Made by a program: the position numbers and the translations under genes. A stretch of DNA of 21,944 nucleotides, from assembly GCA_051745145.1 (NCBI GenBank), contig JBNJDT010000022.1, positions 1 through 21,944 on the forward strand. Reading direction: 5' to 3'. Positions within the stretch are counted from its first letter, which is position 1; the number at the start of each line of letters is the position of its first letter. Below the pieces are notes generated by a model. The model saw nothing but the letters and a program-made list of their open reading frames with translations, made no database searches and was not told where the DNA came from. This DNA comes from Elusimicrobiota bacterium (GTDB lineage Bacteria; CG03; SLGR01; JAGXOG01). Of this stretch, positions 8,849 through 18,032 are shown piece after piece.

Positions 8849-10340
8849 GAATCTCCTCTAATCTTTCGGTTCTTCTAAGCAGTGTTTTAGCTGTCTCACT
8901 TTCCGGACGGATATCTAAAACTTTCTGAAGGGCACTCTTTGCCTTTTGGAAATCTTCATTTAATATGTGTATCCGGGCTGAAGATAAAAGTCCGATAACC
9001 TGTGCCTGAGTAAACTGGGGGTGATCTCTTTTTGCCTTTTTAGACTCTCTTAAAGCTACTTCATAATTCCCTTCGTTATACGCCCCCATCATCCGGTTAA
9101 AAGAAAAATCTTTTGCCAGCTCTTTTTCAATAATATCCAGTAATTTACCGGCGTCCTTCTGGCTGGGATCTCTTTCTAAAATCTTATTGAGAGATTTTTC
9201 GGCTTTCTCATAATCTCCCCTGCGTATATCCATTGCCGCCTGGATCAGGGCTTCCAGCTCTTTATTCTTTTCCCGGGCCTCATCCACCTGATTTTCAAGT
9301 TCCTGCTGGGTGCGGCTTAACCTGGATTTTAGAGCCTTTTCTCTTTCTTTTTTCCATTCTTCGAATCTTTCTTCCCTTTCATCTAAAATTGCTTCTTTTC
9401 TGGCCAGTCGCTGTTCTCTTTTTGAGGGCAGCATACCAAACATATAGGAAGTGCTTACCGTATGAAACAGCCCCGGCTGTGAATATCTTGCTGAATAGGA
9501 AAAACCAAAATTATCAGTTTTCACTCCCAAACCCCCGGTGATATTTTTATAATTTACTCCCCCTCTTACAAATAATATATCAAAAAGTTCGTATTCTCCC
9601 CCCAGATGCCACCTTAAGGTGCTCTGTCCGGCAGGGTCTAGCACTCCCATATCACCGGATATTATTAAACTTCTATCCAGGAAAAACCTCCGGTTCATGC
9701 CTAATTTTATATTAAGAGGATACTTTTCCGTTTCGTTTATCAATTTTAATTCCGGCGGAACGATATTCTGTAGACTTACCCCCATATCAAACCGGTCGGT
9801 AAAACTGACTTTAAAACCTCCGTCCAGGCCCGCTCCCGAATCACTGTAATTATCTATTTTTTGGTCCAGGACTTTTAAATTCATACCTATTTTATATTTA
9901 CTGTCAAAACTTCTGGCCAGGGCTATATAAACCGCTGTCCGGGAATCCTGGAATTTCCCGTCTCTGGCTCCCCACTGATTTCTTTTTATTCCTTCTCCGG
10001 AATTTAAAGAAATAATTCCCACTCCCGTTGTAAATTCCAGTCCGAGAGCCCCGGAATAAAAAAGCGACGCATAGTTTCCCCCTCCCAGCAGCGAAGTATA
10101 CAGCGTATCCACCGTATGGTTGCCCAGCCCTCCTATACTGGCGGGATTATAATATAAAGATGAAGCTCCGCCGTTAACTGAAGTATAGGCGTCGCCCATC
10201 CCCTGGGCTCTGGCCGAGCCGGAAAAATAAGAGAGATATTCTCCCGCCACGCCGCCGGTCTGGGCCGCCGGCAAACTGATCGCTCCGGCAACTGCAGCTG
10301 CCCGCATAAAAACTATAAATGATAAAACCGCTTTTCTCAT
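8838..10340 (-). CDS. PorV/PorQ (FadL-like, UPF0164-type) outer-membrane barrel fused to C-terminal coiled coil and TPRs (500 aa)
   Basis: Signature SARAQGMGDAYTSVNGGASSLYYNPASIG; barrel strands (GMNLKVL, GLDGG, GVSLQNI, LGGEY, FVRGG) to about aa 300; then coiled coil and TPRs (YEKAEKSLNKILERDP, FQKAKSALQKVLDIRP). Confidence 0.85.
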   Translation of the reverse strand: MRKAVLSFIVFMRAAAVAGAISLPAAQTGGVAGEYLSYFSGSARAQGMGDAYTSVNGGASSLYYNPASIGGLGNHTVDTLYTSLLGGGNYASLFYSGALGLEFTTGVGIISLNSGEGIKRNQWGARDGKFQDSRTAVYIALARSFDSKYKIGMNLKVLDQKIDNYSDSGAGLDGGFKVSFTDRFDMGVSLQNIVPPELKLINETEKYPLNIKLGMNRRFFLDRSLIISGDMGVLDPAGQSTLRWHLGGEYELFDILFVRGGVNYKNITGGLGVKTDNFGFSYSARYSQPGLFHTVSTSYMFGMLPSKREQRLARKEAILDEREERFEEWKKEREKALKSRLSRTQQELENQVDEAREKNKELEALIQAAMDIRRGDYEKAEKSLNKILERDPSQKDAGKLLDIIEKELAKDFSFNRMMGAYNEGNYEVALRESKKAKRDHPQFTQAQVIGLLSSARIHILNEDFQKAKSALQKVLDIRPESETAKTLLRRTERLEEIHGE

Positions 10341-10711
10341 TTATTTAATATTTTTTGTAACTCCCCTTCTAAAATTTCCAGACTAAATGGTTTTTCCAGA
10401 AAACCGGATACTTTATTTTCCCCGGAATCTGAAAATAGTCCTTTCAAATTTGGCCGGCCGGTAATTATCAAAACAGGTATGTCTTTCAAATCTTCATCCT
10501 TCTTCAACTTCTTATTTACGTCGGCTCCGTTAATTTCGGGCATCATAATATCCAGAATAATAAGGTCCGGTTTTTCGCTCTTTATCTTCTCGTAGGCCTC
10601 TTTTCCGTCTTTGGCAGTTATAAAATCATACCCGTCAAGTCCGGCCTGCAGTACCGTTATTACATCGGCATCGTCTTCTGCAATTAATACTTTCTTTTTT
10701 TGGCTGTTCAT
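10337..10711 (-). CDS. Single-domain response regulator (CheY-like receiver, 124 aa)
   Basis: VLIAEDD, DLIILDIMMPEING (phospho-Asp), IITG, LEKPF; overlaps the next gene by 4 bp. Confidence 0.95.
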   Translation of the reverse strand: MNSQKKKVLIAEDDADVITVLQAGLDGYDFITAKDGKEAYEKIKSEKPDLIILDIMMPEINGADVNKKLKKDEDLKDIPVLIITGRPNLKGLFSDSGENKVSGFLEKPFSLEILEGELQKILNK

Positions 10712-10734
10712 TTTTTATCTCTCCTTATAATTAC

Positions 10735-13700
10735 TTACTTTACAACTCCTATTAAAAAATTTTCTTTCTCTTTTCCCTTGTGCACAATACGGCCAAAGTA
10801 CATCCCGTTGGCCACAACCCTACCTTCTCCATTTTTTCCGTCCCAGGTAAACTGCACCTGAGTACCGCTTGTATTTCCCCGGAACTCTTTCTCCTCCCTG
10901 TAGACCAAATCACCCGTTAAAGTATAAAATTCGAGTTTTAAATCCATATCTTTTGTAATAATAAATTTAATTTTTAATTCTTCTTCATGGGGTTTAAACG
11001 GATTTGGATAATTCACAATTTCAGAAACATCTTTTACCGGCTCTGAATAGGCTTTTAAAGAGAATATTCCCGCTTTACCCGGTTTAACCTTAACTTTATT
11101 TTGGCTGAAATTATTTTCCCCGCCCATATATTCCCAGCTGGCATTTATCTGGCTGTTTAAAGTCCCTGCCGGGGCGTTCTCTTTTTGTAGCCTAAAAATT
11201 TTTAGATAATTCTCATCAATATTTTCTCCAACCACCATCTCATTTTCTTCTCTGTATTTCATAGTTAAACTTGGAGAATTGCTGAATTCTTTAATCTCTT
11301 CGCCGGCTTCGTTATATGCGCTTATTTTAACCATGCTTACCGTCTCATTACCCAAAGACGGGTTGGTTATAGCCTGCCTGTCGGCCATCCGGACGTCGTT
11401 ATTTTCCTGTTCCCTGCTGATTTTATAGTAACCGTTATTATCTGTAATCCGGGCGGGGATTTCTAATAAAGCAAAATCCGGTATTTCGATTTCGGCTGTA
11501 TCCGAGGGTTCCAGCAGCCTGACAAATTTTATTTCCCGGTCCCCTCCGAAAGAATGGCCCACTACATCGGTTATCTCTTTACCCATGTTAACGGTATACT
11601 CCCTGGACGGCAGAAATTTTTTATTCTCCGGGGTAATCTTTAATATGTAAGTAACGGTATCCAGGGAAAGATCGTAATTCATGGCGCTGATATAATTACC
11701 GTATTCATCATATATTTCAAGGTATTCATGCACAGAAATACGTTCGGGTTCATAAATATTATAATTTTTATTTAATTGAAAACGGACCGTTTCCGTACCC
11801 GTCATAACCAGCATTGAACCGTTTTCCGGCCAGGTGGAAAGCACTGCCGGGGTGGTTACATCTACTGCGAATTTCCCAACCGAGGAACTCTCCCGGGTAA
11901 CCAGTTTTTCATCCATGGCTATTACTTTCCAGTAATAAATAGTCTCATCTTCAAGGACCAGCTCTTTTTGAGTAGCGGTCAAATCTTCATATAGCGTATG
12001 GGGAACAAAATCGGAATTATCTGAAATACAAAGAGAATAGGTTATATCCCCGCCGTCCGGGTCTGTGGTCTCCTCCCAGGAAAATACCACCTGGGTGGAA
12101 TACGAAAAAGAGTCGTATTCGGGAGAAATTAAATCAAACGGTTCGGGAGCCAAAAAATCATTCTTTATTTCAAATTCTCCTGTAATATCCTCTCCCTTTT
12201 CTGACGGCTGTCCGTCGTCAATACCTATTACTTTTATTACCGCCTCCTGGGTATCGGGCACATTTCCCGATCCCCACCGGTAGGGGATATCCGAAGCCGG
12301 AACGTATTCTTCAATATAGGTAAAATTCTGTCCCCCGTCGGTGGAAACCAAAATCTCAAAATAGACCGTATCCGGCCGGTTGGGATCAAACCAGTCCCAG
12401 TCTATATCTAAAATTCCGGTTATTTTCTCCCCGCCTTCGGGGTTTAAAATACTGATTTGGGGGGGATCGTTATAGTTGGAAATATCAATAGTTCCGGTGG
12501 TAATTTCATTTTCAAGGTTGCGCTGATCCCGGGCTATAACTTTAGCCTGATACGAAGGGGCGTTCCTTACATGTCGGGAGTCCCAATTGTATTCCCCCTC
12601 ACCTGCCGGTATCCCGGTAGCCACCAAAATATCATAGTCTCTGCCTACATCTTCGGCCAGCCATATATCCACCTCATGGGTATCCTCGGGATCCGGATCA
12701 TATATATCCCAGCCGAATGTTATGGTGGATGTGGCTTTATCCGTTTTCGTCCCCCACTCCCCGTCAACATTCTGAGTGAGGGTAATTTCCGGCGGAGAAT
12801 TTGTTTTGCACGAGGGACTGGGCGAAAAACCGCTCAGGTTTCCGGCCTCATCTTCCAGGCGCACGGAAAAAGAGTAAGTGGTTCCATCGGCCAGACCGGT
12901 TACTATTTTACTGTCTTTTCCCCCTACCGTAAAAGTGGAATCATATATCATTTCCGAAGATTCATCCCACTGGAATTCATTATCAATATTATCATAATTT
13001 TTCGACCACCGTATTTTATACAACTGCCGTTGATCGGGAACAGTCCATTCTAAATAGGCAGCTCCGCTTAAATCCGCTCTCTGGGCGGTAAGTTCAGTTA
13101 CAGCCGCGGGGGGAACGGTATCTATATAAATAGTCCAGGTAGAAGAAAAATTTCCGTAAACCGACCCGTCATAGGCCCGAACTTTCCAATAGTAGGGTCC
13201 TCCGTGATCCAGTTCCTGCTCTGTAAAAGTGGGATTATCCAATTCTTCAATATTTTCAGTACTTATCACCACTTCGCTATCGCTAAAATTTTCATCTTTT
13301 GCGACTTTAAGATGATACGTAAGTTCATCGTTATCATTATCCGAAGAATTGGACCAGGCAAATTTTGCCGGAGAACCTGTCACCCCGCCGTTTTCCACAT
13401 AAAAAGAGCTCAAATTCGGGGACGTGGGAATATGATTGTAGGTCACCGAAGCAGTCTCTACCTGCAGAGGGTCCAGAGCTCCCGGCGTATCATTCTCAAG
13501 AAAAAAACGGTACCTGAAATACCGGTTATTGCTATGTTCGGCAGGAACATCACCGGGAGTGGTATAATAACTGTCCGTGGAACCATCGGGCCCGGTAAAA
13601 TTATCCGGAGTAGAATCGGCCGATGAGGCAAATTGAAATTTTACGGTACCGGAACTCCCTTTTACGGCCCAGTCTAATTTCTGATAGTCAAGCCAGGTAT

Positions 13701-14805
13701 TGATCTTACCGGTATCAAAAGTAGGGGAAGTATAAACTCCCCCGGTAGAAAGGACAAATTCCCAGGTATCTCCAAAATATTTTTCTTCTTTTCCATCAAA
13801 ATACTGATACCCTCCAAAAAATATTCCCGATTTTCTATCCGGATAATACGCACCGGCCGAACTAGTCCGGCTGGAGGGCTTAGCCCCCGAATAATAAGGA
13901 TACGTACGGTGCCAGTCATTATTGTGAAAAATCCAGAAATCATTTAAAAAAATACCGTCCGCTACTTGCCCTCCCCCGAATAAAACCGCTGCCTCACTGT
14001 CTTCATCGTAATATACCGCGCTGTATTCCCGGGGAGTCGGAGAAGTTGAGACACTAATTTCATTCCACTCATTCGCCAACGGATCGTATTTCCAGGTATC
14101 GTTAAAAAATTGCGGATCAACAGCGCCGTCCTGACCGCCGAAAATAATAACTTCTCCTGCTTCATTAACCCAGGATACATGTCTTTTTCTGTCCGGCGGA
14201 GATGGGGCGGGGGTAACTTCATTCCAGTTTTCTGTTTGAGTATCAAAAATCCAGGTCTCCGCAGACCCCGAACTCCCCCCGAAAAGTACGGCCCCCTCAT
14301 CGGTCATCTCCAGGGTGTGTTCACTCCGGGAGGAGGGAGCAGAAGATGTGATTATTTCCGTCCAGGAACTGACTGAAAACTGCCAGGTTTCATTACGAAA
14401 AGAAGCGTCATCTACCCCCCCAAAAAGTAACCCCCCGTCAGTAACGGCCGCATTAGATCTTTTTGAAGGACCGCTTCCCTCATACACGTTCCAGGTATCC
14501 TGAGAAAAATATTGCGTATCCCCGAGACTTCCCCCACTATTGTAACCGCCGAAAATATAAACTTCTCCCGTATCCCGGTTAGTCCACATACTATGCCAGT
14601 CCCTGGGATCGGGATTTGCAGCCGGATATAACCGCTCCACTTTGTTAGAAAGAGCTATCCCCGTAGATGTGAGCATTAGATAATTTAATTCCCCGCTGAA
14701 ATTTTCGCCATACTCTGCTTTAACGGTTTCCCCCCATAAATTAACGTTAAGCTGTAATAATACTACAGCAATTAAAACTAAAATTTTGTGGAATTTTTTT
14801 TCCAT
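10735..14805 (-). CDS. Large secreted protein: Kelch beta-propeller, Fn3/Ig-like repeats, SbsA/Big_5-like Ig, C-terminal FlgD-Ig/T9SS-like sorting domain (1356 aa)
   Basis: Signal peptide; six Kelch-type FGG...(D/E)TW-like repeats in aa ~60-350; Fn3 motifs (YYWKVRAYDG, GLADGTTYSFSV, IYYWKVIAMD); TTPAVLSTWPENGS...PSREYTV; C-terminal IVNYPNPFKP...FTWDGKNGEGRVVANGMYF. Confidence 0.88.
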   Translation of the reverse strand: MEKKFHKILVLIAVVLLQLNVNLWGETVKAEYGENFSGELNYLMLTSTGIALSNKVERLYPAANPDPRDWHSMWTNRDTGEVYIFGGYNSGGSLGDTQYFSQDTWNVYEGSGPSKRSNAAVTDGGLLFGGVDDASFRNETWQFSVSSWTEIITSSAPSSRSEHTLEMTDEGAVLFGGSSGSAETWIFDTQTENWNEVTPAPSPPDRKRHVSWVNEAGEVIIFGGQDGAVDPQFFNDTWKYDPLANEWNEISVSTSPTPREYSAVYYDEDSEAAVLFGGGQVADGIFLNDFWIFHNNDWHRTYPYYSGAKPSSRTSSAGAYYPDRKSGIFFGGYQYFDGKEEKYFGDTWEFVLSTGGVYTSPTFDTGKINTWLDYQKLDWAVKGSSGTVKFQFASSADSTPDNFTGPDGSTDSYYTTPGDVPAEHSNNRYFRYRFFLENDTPGALDPLQVETASVTYNHIPTSPNLSSFYVENGGVTGSPAKFAWSNSSDNDNDELTYHLKVAKDENFSDSEVVISTENIEELDNPTFTEQELDHGGPYYWKVRAYDGSVYGNFSSTWTIYIDTVPPAAVTELTAQRADLSGAAYLEWTVPDQRQLYKIRWSKNYDNIDNEFQWDESSEMIYDSTFTVGGKDSKIVTGLADGTTYSFSVRLEDEAGNLSGFSPSPSCKTNSPPEITLTQNVDGEWGTKTDKATSTITFGWDIYDPDPEDTHEVDIWLAEDVGRDYDILVATGIPAGEGEYNWDSRHVRNAPSYQAKVIARDQRNLENEITTGTIDISNYNDPPQISILNPEGGEKITGILDIDWDWFDPNRPDTVYFEILVSTDGGQNFTYIEEYVPASDIPYRWGSGNVPDTQEAVIKVIGIDDGQPSEKGEDITGEFEIKNDFLAPEPFDLISPEYDSFSYSTQVVFSWEETTDPDGGDITYSLCISDNSDFVPHTLYEDLTATQKELVLEDETIYYWKVIAMDEKLVTRESSSVGKFAVDVTTPAVLSTWPENGSMLVMTGTETVRFQLNKNYNIYEPERISVHEYLEIYDEYGNYISAMNYDLSLDTVTYILKITPENKKFLPSREYTVNMGKEITDVVGHSFGGDREIKFVRLLEPSDTAEIEIPDFALLEIPARITDNNGYYKISREQENNDVRMADRQAITNPSLGNETVSMVKISAYNEAGEEIKEFSNSPSLTMKYREENEMVVGENIDENYLKIFRLQKENAPAGTLNSQINASWEYMGGENNFSQNKVKVKPGKAGIFSLKAYSEPVKDVSEIVNYPNPFKPHEEELKIKFIITKDMDLKLEFYTLTGDLVYREEKEFRGNTSGTQVQFTWDGKNGEGRVVANGMYFGRIVHKGKEKENFLIGVVK

Positions 14806-14815
14806 AAATGTTTCT

Positions 14816-15385
14816 CTATTCTCTAACTATTTCATCTACGGCTTTTCTTAAATCCTTTATGTCAAATGGTTTGATAAGTAGCTTTTTAGCGCCTTTTCTT
14901 TTAATCTCCTCTTCAAGACCTTCCCTGGGATAACCGGTTATTACAATTATAGACGGGGACCCTAAATCAGAGTCGTTTTTTATATGGTCCATTAAATCCA
15001 GACCGTCAATACCTGGCATTCTAATATCCAGAATTACATACCCGATATCTCCCCGGGCAAGTATTTTTCCTGCGCTGAATCCGCTGGCGGCTTCATATAT
15101 ATGGGCTTTGGGAAATTTTTTCTTCAATACTTTTTTTACGGTATTTCTTATGTGTTCTTCATCGTCCACAATAAGAAAATTTTGTTCGCTCAATTCACTT
15201 TTAAAAATCGGCATATTATACTCTTTCGAAAATTCTAGTAAAGACTTTTTCCTTACTCTCCGGTGTCCCCCCGGCGTCCGGTAGGCTGCAAGATGCCCCT
15301 CGTCTATCCAGTTGGAAATAGTAGAGACATCCGCATTCAACAGATTCGCTACTTCCTTGGTAGTATAGACTTTTTTATTATTCAT
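14816..15385 (-). CDS. Response regulator with N-terminal excisionase/MerR-like HTH (HTH_17) and C-terminal receiver (189 aa)
   Basis: YTTKEVANLLNADVSTISNWIDEGHLAAYRTPGGHRRV, followed by LIVDDE, ILDIRMPGIDG, VITG, IKPF. Confidence 0.92.
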   Translation of the reverse strand: MNNKKVYTTKEVANLLNADVSTISNWIDEGHLAAYRTPGGHRRVRKKSLLEFSKEYNMPIFKSELSEQNFLIVDDEEHIRNTVKKVLKKKFPKAHIYEAASGFSAGKILARGDIGYVILDIRMPGIDGLDLMDHIKNDSDLGSPSIIVITGYPREGLEEEIKRKGAKKLLIKPFDIKDLRKAVDEIVRE

Positions 15386-16964
15386 TTTTTTTATCTCCTC
15401 TGTATTCGGGAATCGTAAAGTAAAAACTGCTACCTTCTTTCGGCTTACTTTCTACCCCTACTTTCCCATCATGGGCTTCTACAATTTTTTTAACCATGGA
15501 AAGTCCCAGTCCCAGGCCTTTATGTTTTTCGGTCATCAGCTTGCCCGGCTCCTGCTGATGGAACCGGTCAAAGATTTTTTTCTTCTCCTTTGGAGGTATT
15601 CCCTTGCCGTTATCTTTTACGGTGATTTCGATATAACCGGTTTTTTTCTTTGAAAATATCTCGATTTTACTCCCCTTGTCACTGTATTTTATAGAGTTAT
15701 CCAGTAAATTTACCAGAACTCTTTTTACTCCCGATCTGTCTGCATATATTTTATGCTCTTTTTTTATTTTATTTTTTATATCTATATTCTTTTTTTCTGT
15801 TTTATGGGAAATATCTTCCACTATTTCACTGCATAATTCAGCCGGTATTAGCTTTTCTCTTTCTAAGGAAAACTCTCCCGCATCCCATCTGGAAAAATCT
15901 AAAAGCTGGGTTATAAGGCGGTGCATCCGCTTTGAATTTCTCATACAAATTTCGGCCATTTTACTTTCAGGATGGTTTTTCTCAATAATTTCACAGCTGG
16001 CCATTATGGATTGAAGCGGGGTCCTCAGTTCATGAGAGACATTGGCAATAAATTCGTCTTTTAATTTCGATAATTCTAAAAGTTTCTCATAATCAAAAGC
16101 TTTTTGTATAGAATAGGACAGCTGCCTGGCTACTACAGAGCTAATATCAAACTCTTTCCGGGAAAATTTTTTATCGGTTCCAGCTTTTTTAAGGTTTATC
16201 ACTCCAATAACTTCATCCCCTGTCCTGAGAGGAATACTTAACCGGGCTGTTATTTTATCATCATCAATATTATCCTTAAATCTCTTATCTTCGGAAGCCG
16301 GTTTATTCAAAAAAACCGGTTCTTTGTGTTCCACAACCCACCCGCAGATAAAATCTCCCTCTTTTGTTTCTTTAGCCCCGCTGCTTTCCCTATCTATTCC
16401 TTGAGAAGTTTTGATTATAATGTTATTCTCTTCGCCTTCACAAATTCCAATATTTCCCCCGTCGGCAGAAGTGGCATTGATTAAAAAGCTGAGGACCTTG
16501 TCCATTATTTCTTCCGCAGGTTCCAGCTGGCTTATCTGTTCTGTTATGCTGTTTACGGATTTCATTACATCCAGCTGTCGGGTAAGGGACTGCTTTTCCG
16601 CCGCCCTGTTAACCACGTTTCTCAATTCATGTATGTCAAAAGGTTTTGTCACATAATCATAGGCCCCTCTCTTCATTGCTTTTACGGCATCCTCAACCGT
16701 TCCTTTTCCCGAAACCATGATTATTTCCGCGACGGTACCCTCGTCTTTTAATTTTTTTAATAATTCAATACCGTTCATCGCGGGAAGATCTATATCCAGC
16801 AATATCACATTAAATTTTTTATCCTTTTGAAGTTCATATCCCCTTTCAGCCGTACCCTCTGTATCTACCACAAAATTTTTCTTCTCCAGTATTCTTTTAC
16901 TTATATTCCTTATGTTTTCTTCGTCATCAACGACGAGAACTCTTTTAGGCTTATCTTCTTCCAT
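15378..16964 (-). CDS. Cytoplasmic hybrid sensor histidine kinase, REC-GAF-HisKA-HATPase (528 aa)
   Basis: N-terminal REC (VLVVDDE, LLDIDLPAMNG, TKPF); GAF (GWVVEHKEPV, LSIPLRTGDEVIGVINL); H-box VSHELRTPL; N-box NLLDNSIKY; DNGKGI; GLGLGLS. No TM segment. Confidence 0.95.
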   Translation of the reverse strand: MEEDKPKRVLVVDDEENIRNISKRILEKKNFVVDTEGTAERGYELQKDKKFNVILLDIDLPAMNGIELLKKLKDEGTVAEIIMVSGKGTVEDAVKAMKRGAYDYVTKPFDIHELRNVVNRAAEKQSLTRQLDVMKSVNSITEQISQLEPAEEIMDKVLSFLINATSADGGNIGICEGEENNIIIKTSQGIDRESSGAKETKEGDFICGWVVEHKEPVFLNKPASEDKRFKDNIDDDKITARLSIPLRTGDEVIGVINLKKAGTDKKFSRKEFDISSVVARQLSYSIQKAFDYEKLLELSKLKDEFIANVSHELRTPLQSIMASCEIIEKNHPESKMAEICMRNSKRMHRLITQLLDFSRWDAGEFSLEREKLIPAELCSEIVEDISHKTEKKNIDIKNKIKKEHKIYADRSGVKRVLVNLLDNSIKYSDKGSKIEIFSKKKTGYIEITVKDNGKGIPPKEKKKIFDRFHQQEPGKLMTEKHKGLGLGLSMVKKIVEAHDGKVGVESKPKEGSSFYFTIPEYRGDKKNE

Positions 16965-16978
16965 AACCTCTCCTTCTT

Positions 16979-18028
16979 TTAAACCTGATTTTCAACATTT
17001 CCTTTCTTTTTTGGCAGTTTTACCACAAATTCTGAACCTTTGTTTTTTCCCTTGCTTTTTACAAAAATTCCTCCCCCTAATTTTTCCATAATATCCTTGC
17101 AGGTAGGCAGTCCCAGGCCCGTTCCTTTTTTGCCTTTGGTAGTACAGTAGGGTTCAAAAATTTTCTCAAAATCTTCCTCGTCAATACCGCACCCGGTATC
17201 TTTTACAAAAATAAGTACCCGGTCATCATTTTCTTCTGTTCTTAAAGTTAAAACTTTTTCAGAAGAATTTTCCATACTCTCCATGGCGTTTTTTATAAGA
17301 TTGGTTAATACTTCTTCTAAATGAAATCTGCTGGTCTTTACCACCGGAGAATCACTGCCATATTTTTTTACTATTTTAATTTCTTCTTTTCTCTCTTTAT
17401 CCAAAAACTTTAGACTGTTATCTATTATTTTTCCCAATTTAACTTTTTTATAAACATAGTCCCGGTCTTTTGAAAAACTTAGAAAACTTTTAACTGTAGT
17501 GGAAATTCTCTGGGCATTTTTCTTTAAGGCCATTAAATCTTCCCTGTTTTTTTGACAGCTGGCTTCTTCCAAAAGTAACTGAGATATTGCTAAAACCGTG
17601 GTCAGCGGATTGTTTATTTCATGGGCCATACCCCCGGCCATTTTTCCCATAAGGACTTTTTTCTCATTTTTTTCTAATAATTTCTGATACTTCTTATATT
17701 CTTTCTGGGCCTCTTTTCTTGGAGTTATATCTCTTATATTTACAATATATACTTTCTCCCCGTCCAGTACAGTCCGGGCACTTTTTATCTCTGCGTATTT
17801 AAAATTCTCCTTTTTACTTCCGGGTATCTTTACTTCAATCATCTCGTCTTCTTTGCAGGGAATGCCAAAATCCGTTCCTATAATATTTTTTCTTCCAAAA
17901 ATTTCTTTTGCGGACTGATTACCATAAATAATAGTTCCCTTATCATCCACCACTACTATACCGTCAAGACTGTTTTTAACCAGCTTCTTAAAAGTTATTT
18001 TCTCTTTTATCGGATCTTTAGCATCCAT
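16979..18028 (-). CDS. PAS-domain histidine kinase (349 aa) directly downstream of kaiC
   Basis: PAS (DGIVVVDDKGTIIYGNQSAKEIFG...IRDITPRK); H-box AHEINNPLT; NLIKNA; DTGCGI; FEPYCTTK; GTGLGL. 4-bp gap to kaiC. Confidence 0.95.
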   Translation of the reverse strand: MDAKDPIKEKITFKKLVKNSLDGIVVVDDKGTIIYGNQSAKEIFGRKNIIGTDFGIPCKEDEMIEVKIPGSKKENFKYAEIKSARTVLDGEKVYIVNIRDITPRKEAQKEYKKYQKLLEKNEKKVLMGKMAGGMAHEINNPLTTVLAISQLLLEEASCQKNREDLMALKKNAQRISTTVKSFLSFSKDRDYVYKKVKLGKIIDNSLKFLDKERKEEIKIVKKYGSDSPVVKTSRFHLEEVLTNLIKNAMESMENSSEKVLTLRTEENDDRVLIFVKDTGCGIDEEDFEKIFEPYCTTKGKKGTGLGLPTCKDIMEKLGGGIFVKSKGKNKGSEFVVKLPKKKGNVENQV

Positions 18029-18032
18029 TCTC

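Noticed and set aside
8838..14805. Complete type IX secretion system
   Set aside because: Only a PorV-like barrel and a CTD-bearing protein are here; core sprA/porKLMN genes are not in the window.
14816..15385. Prophage or ICE excisionase
   Set aside because: The HTH is fused to a receiver domain inside a two-component cluster; no integrase or att-like repeats seen.
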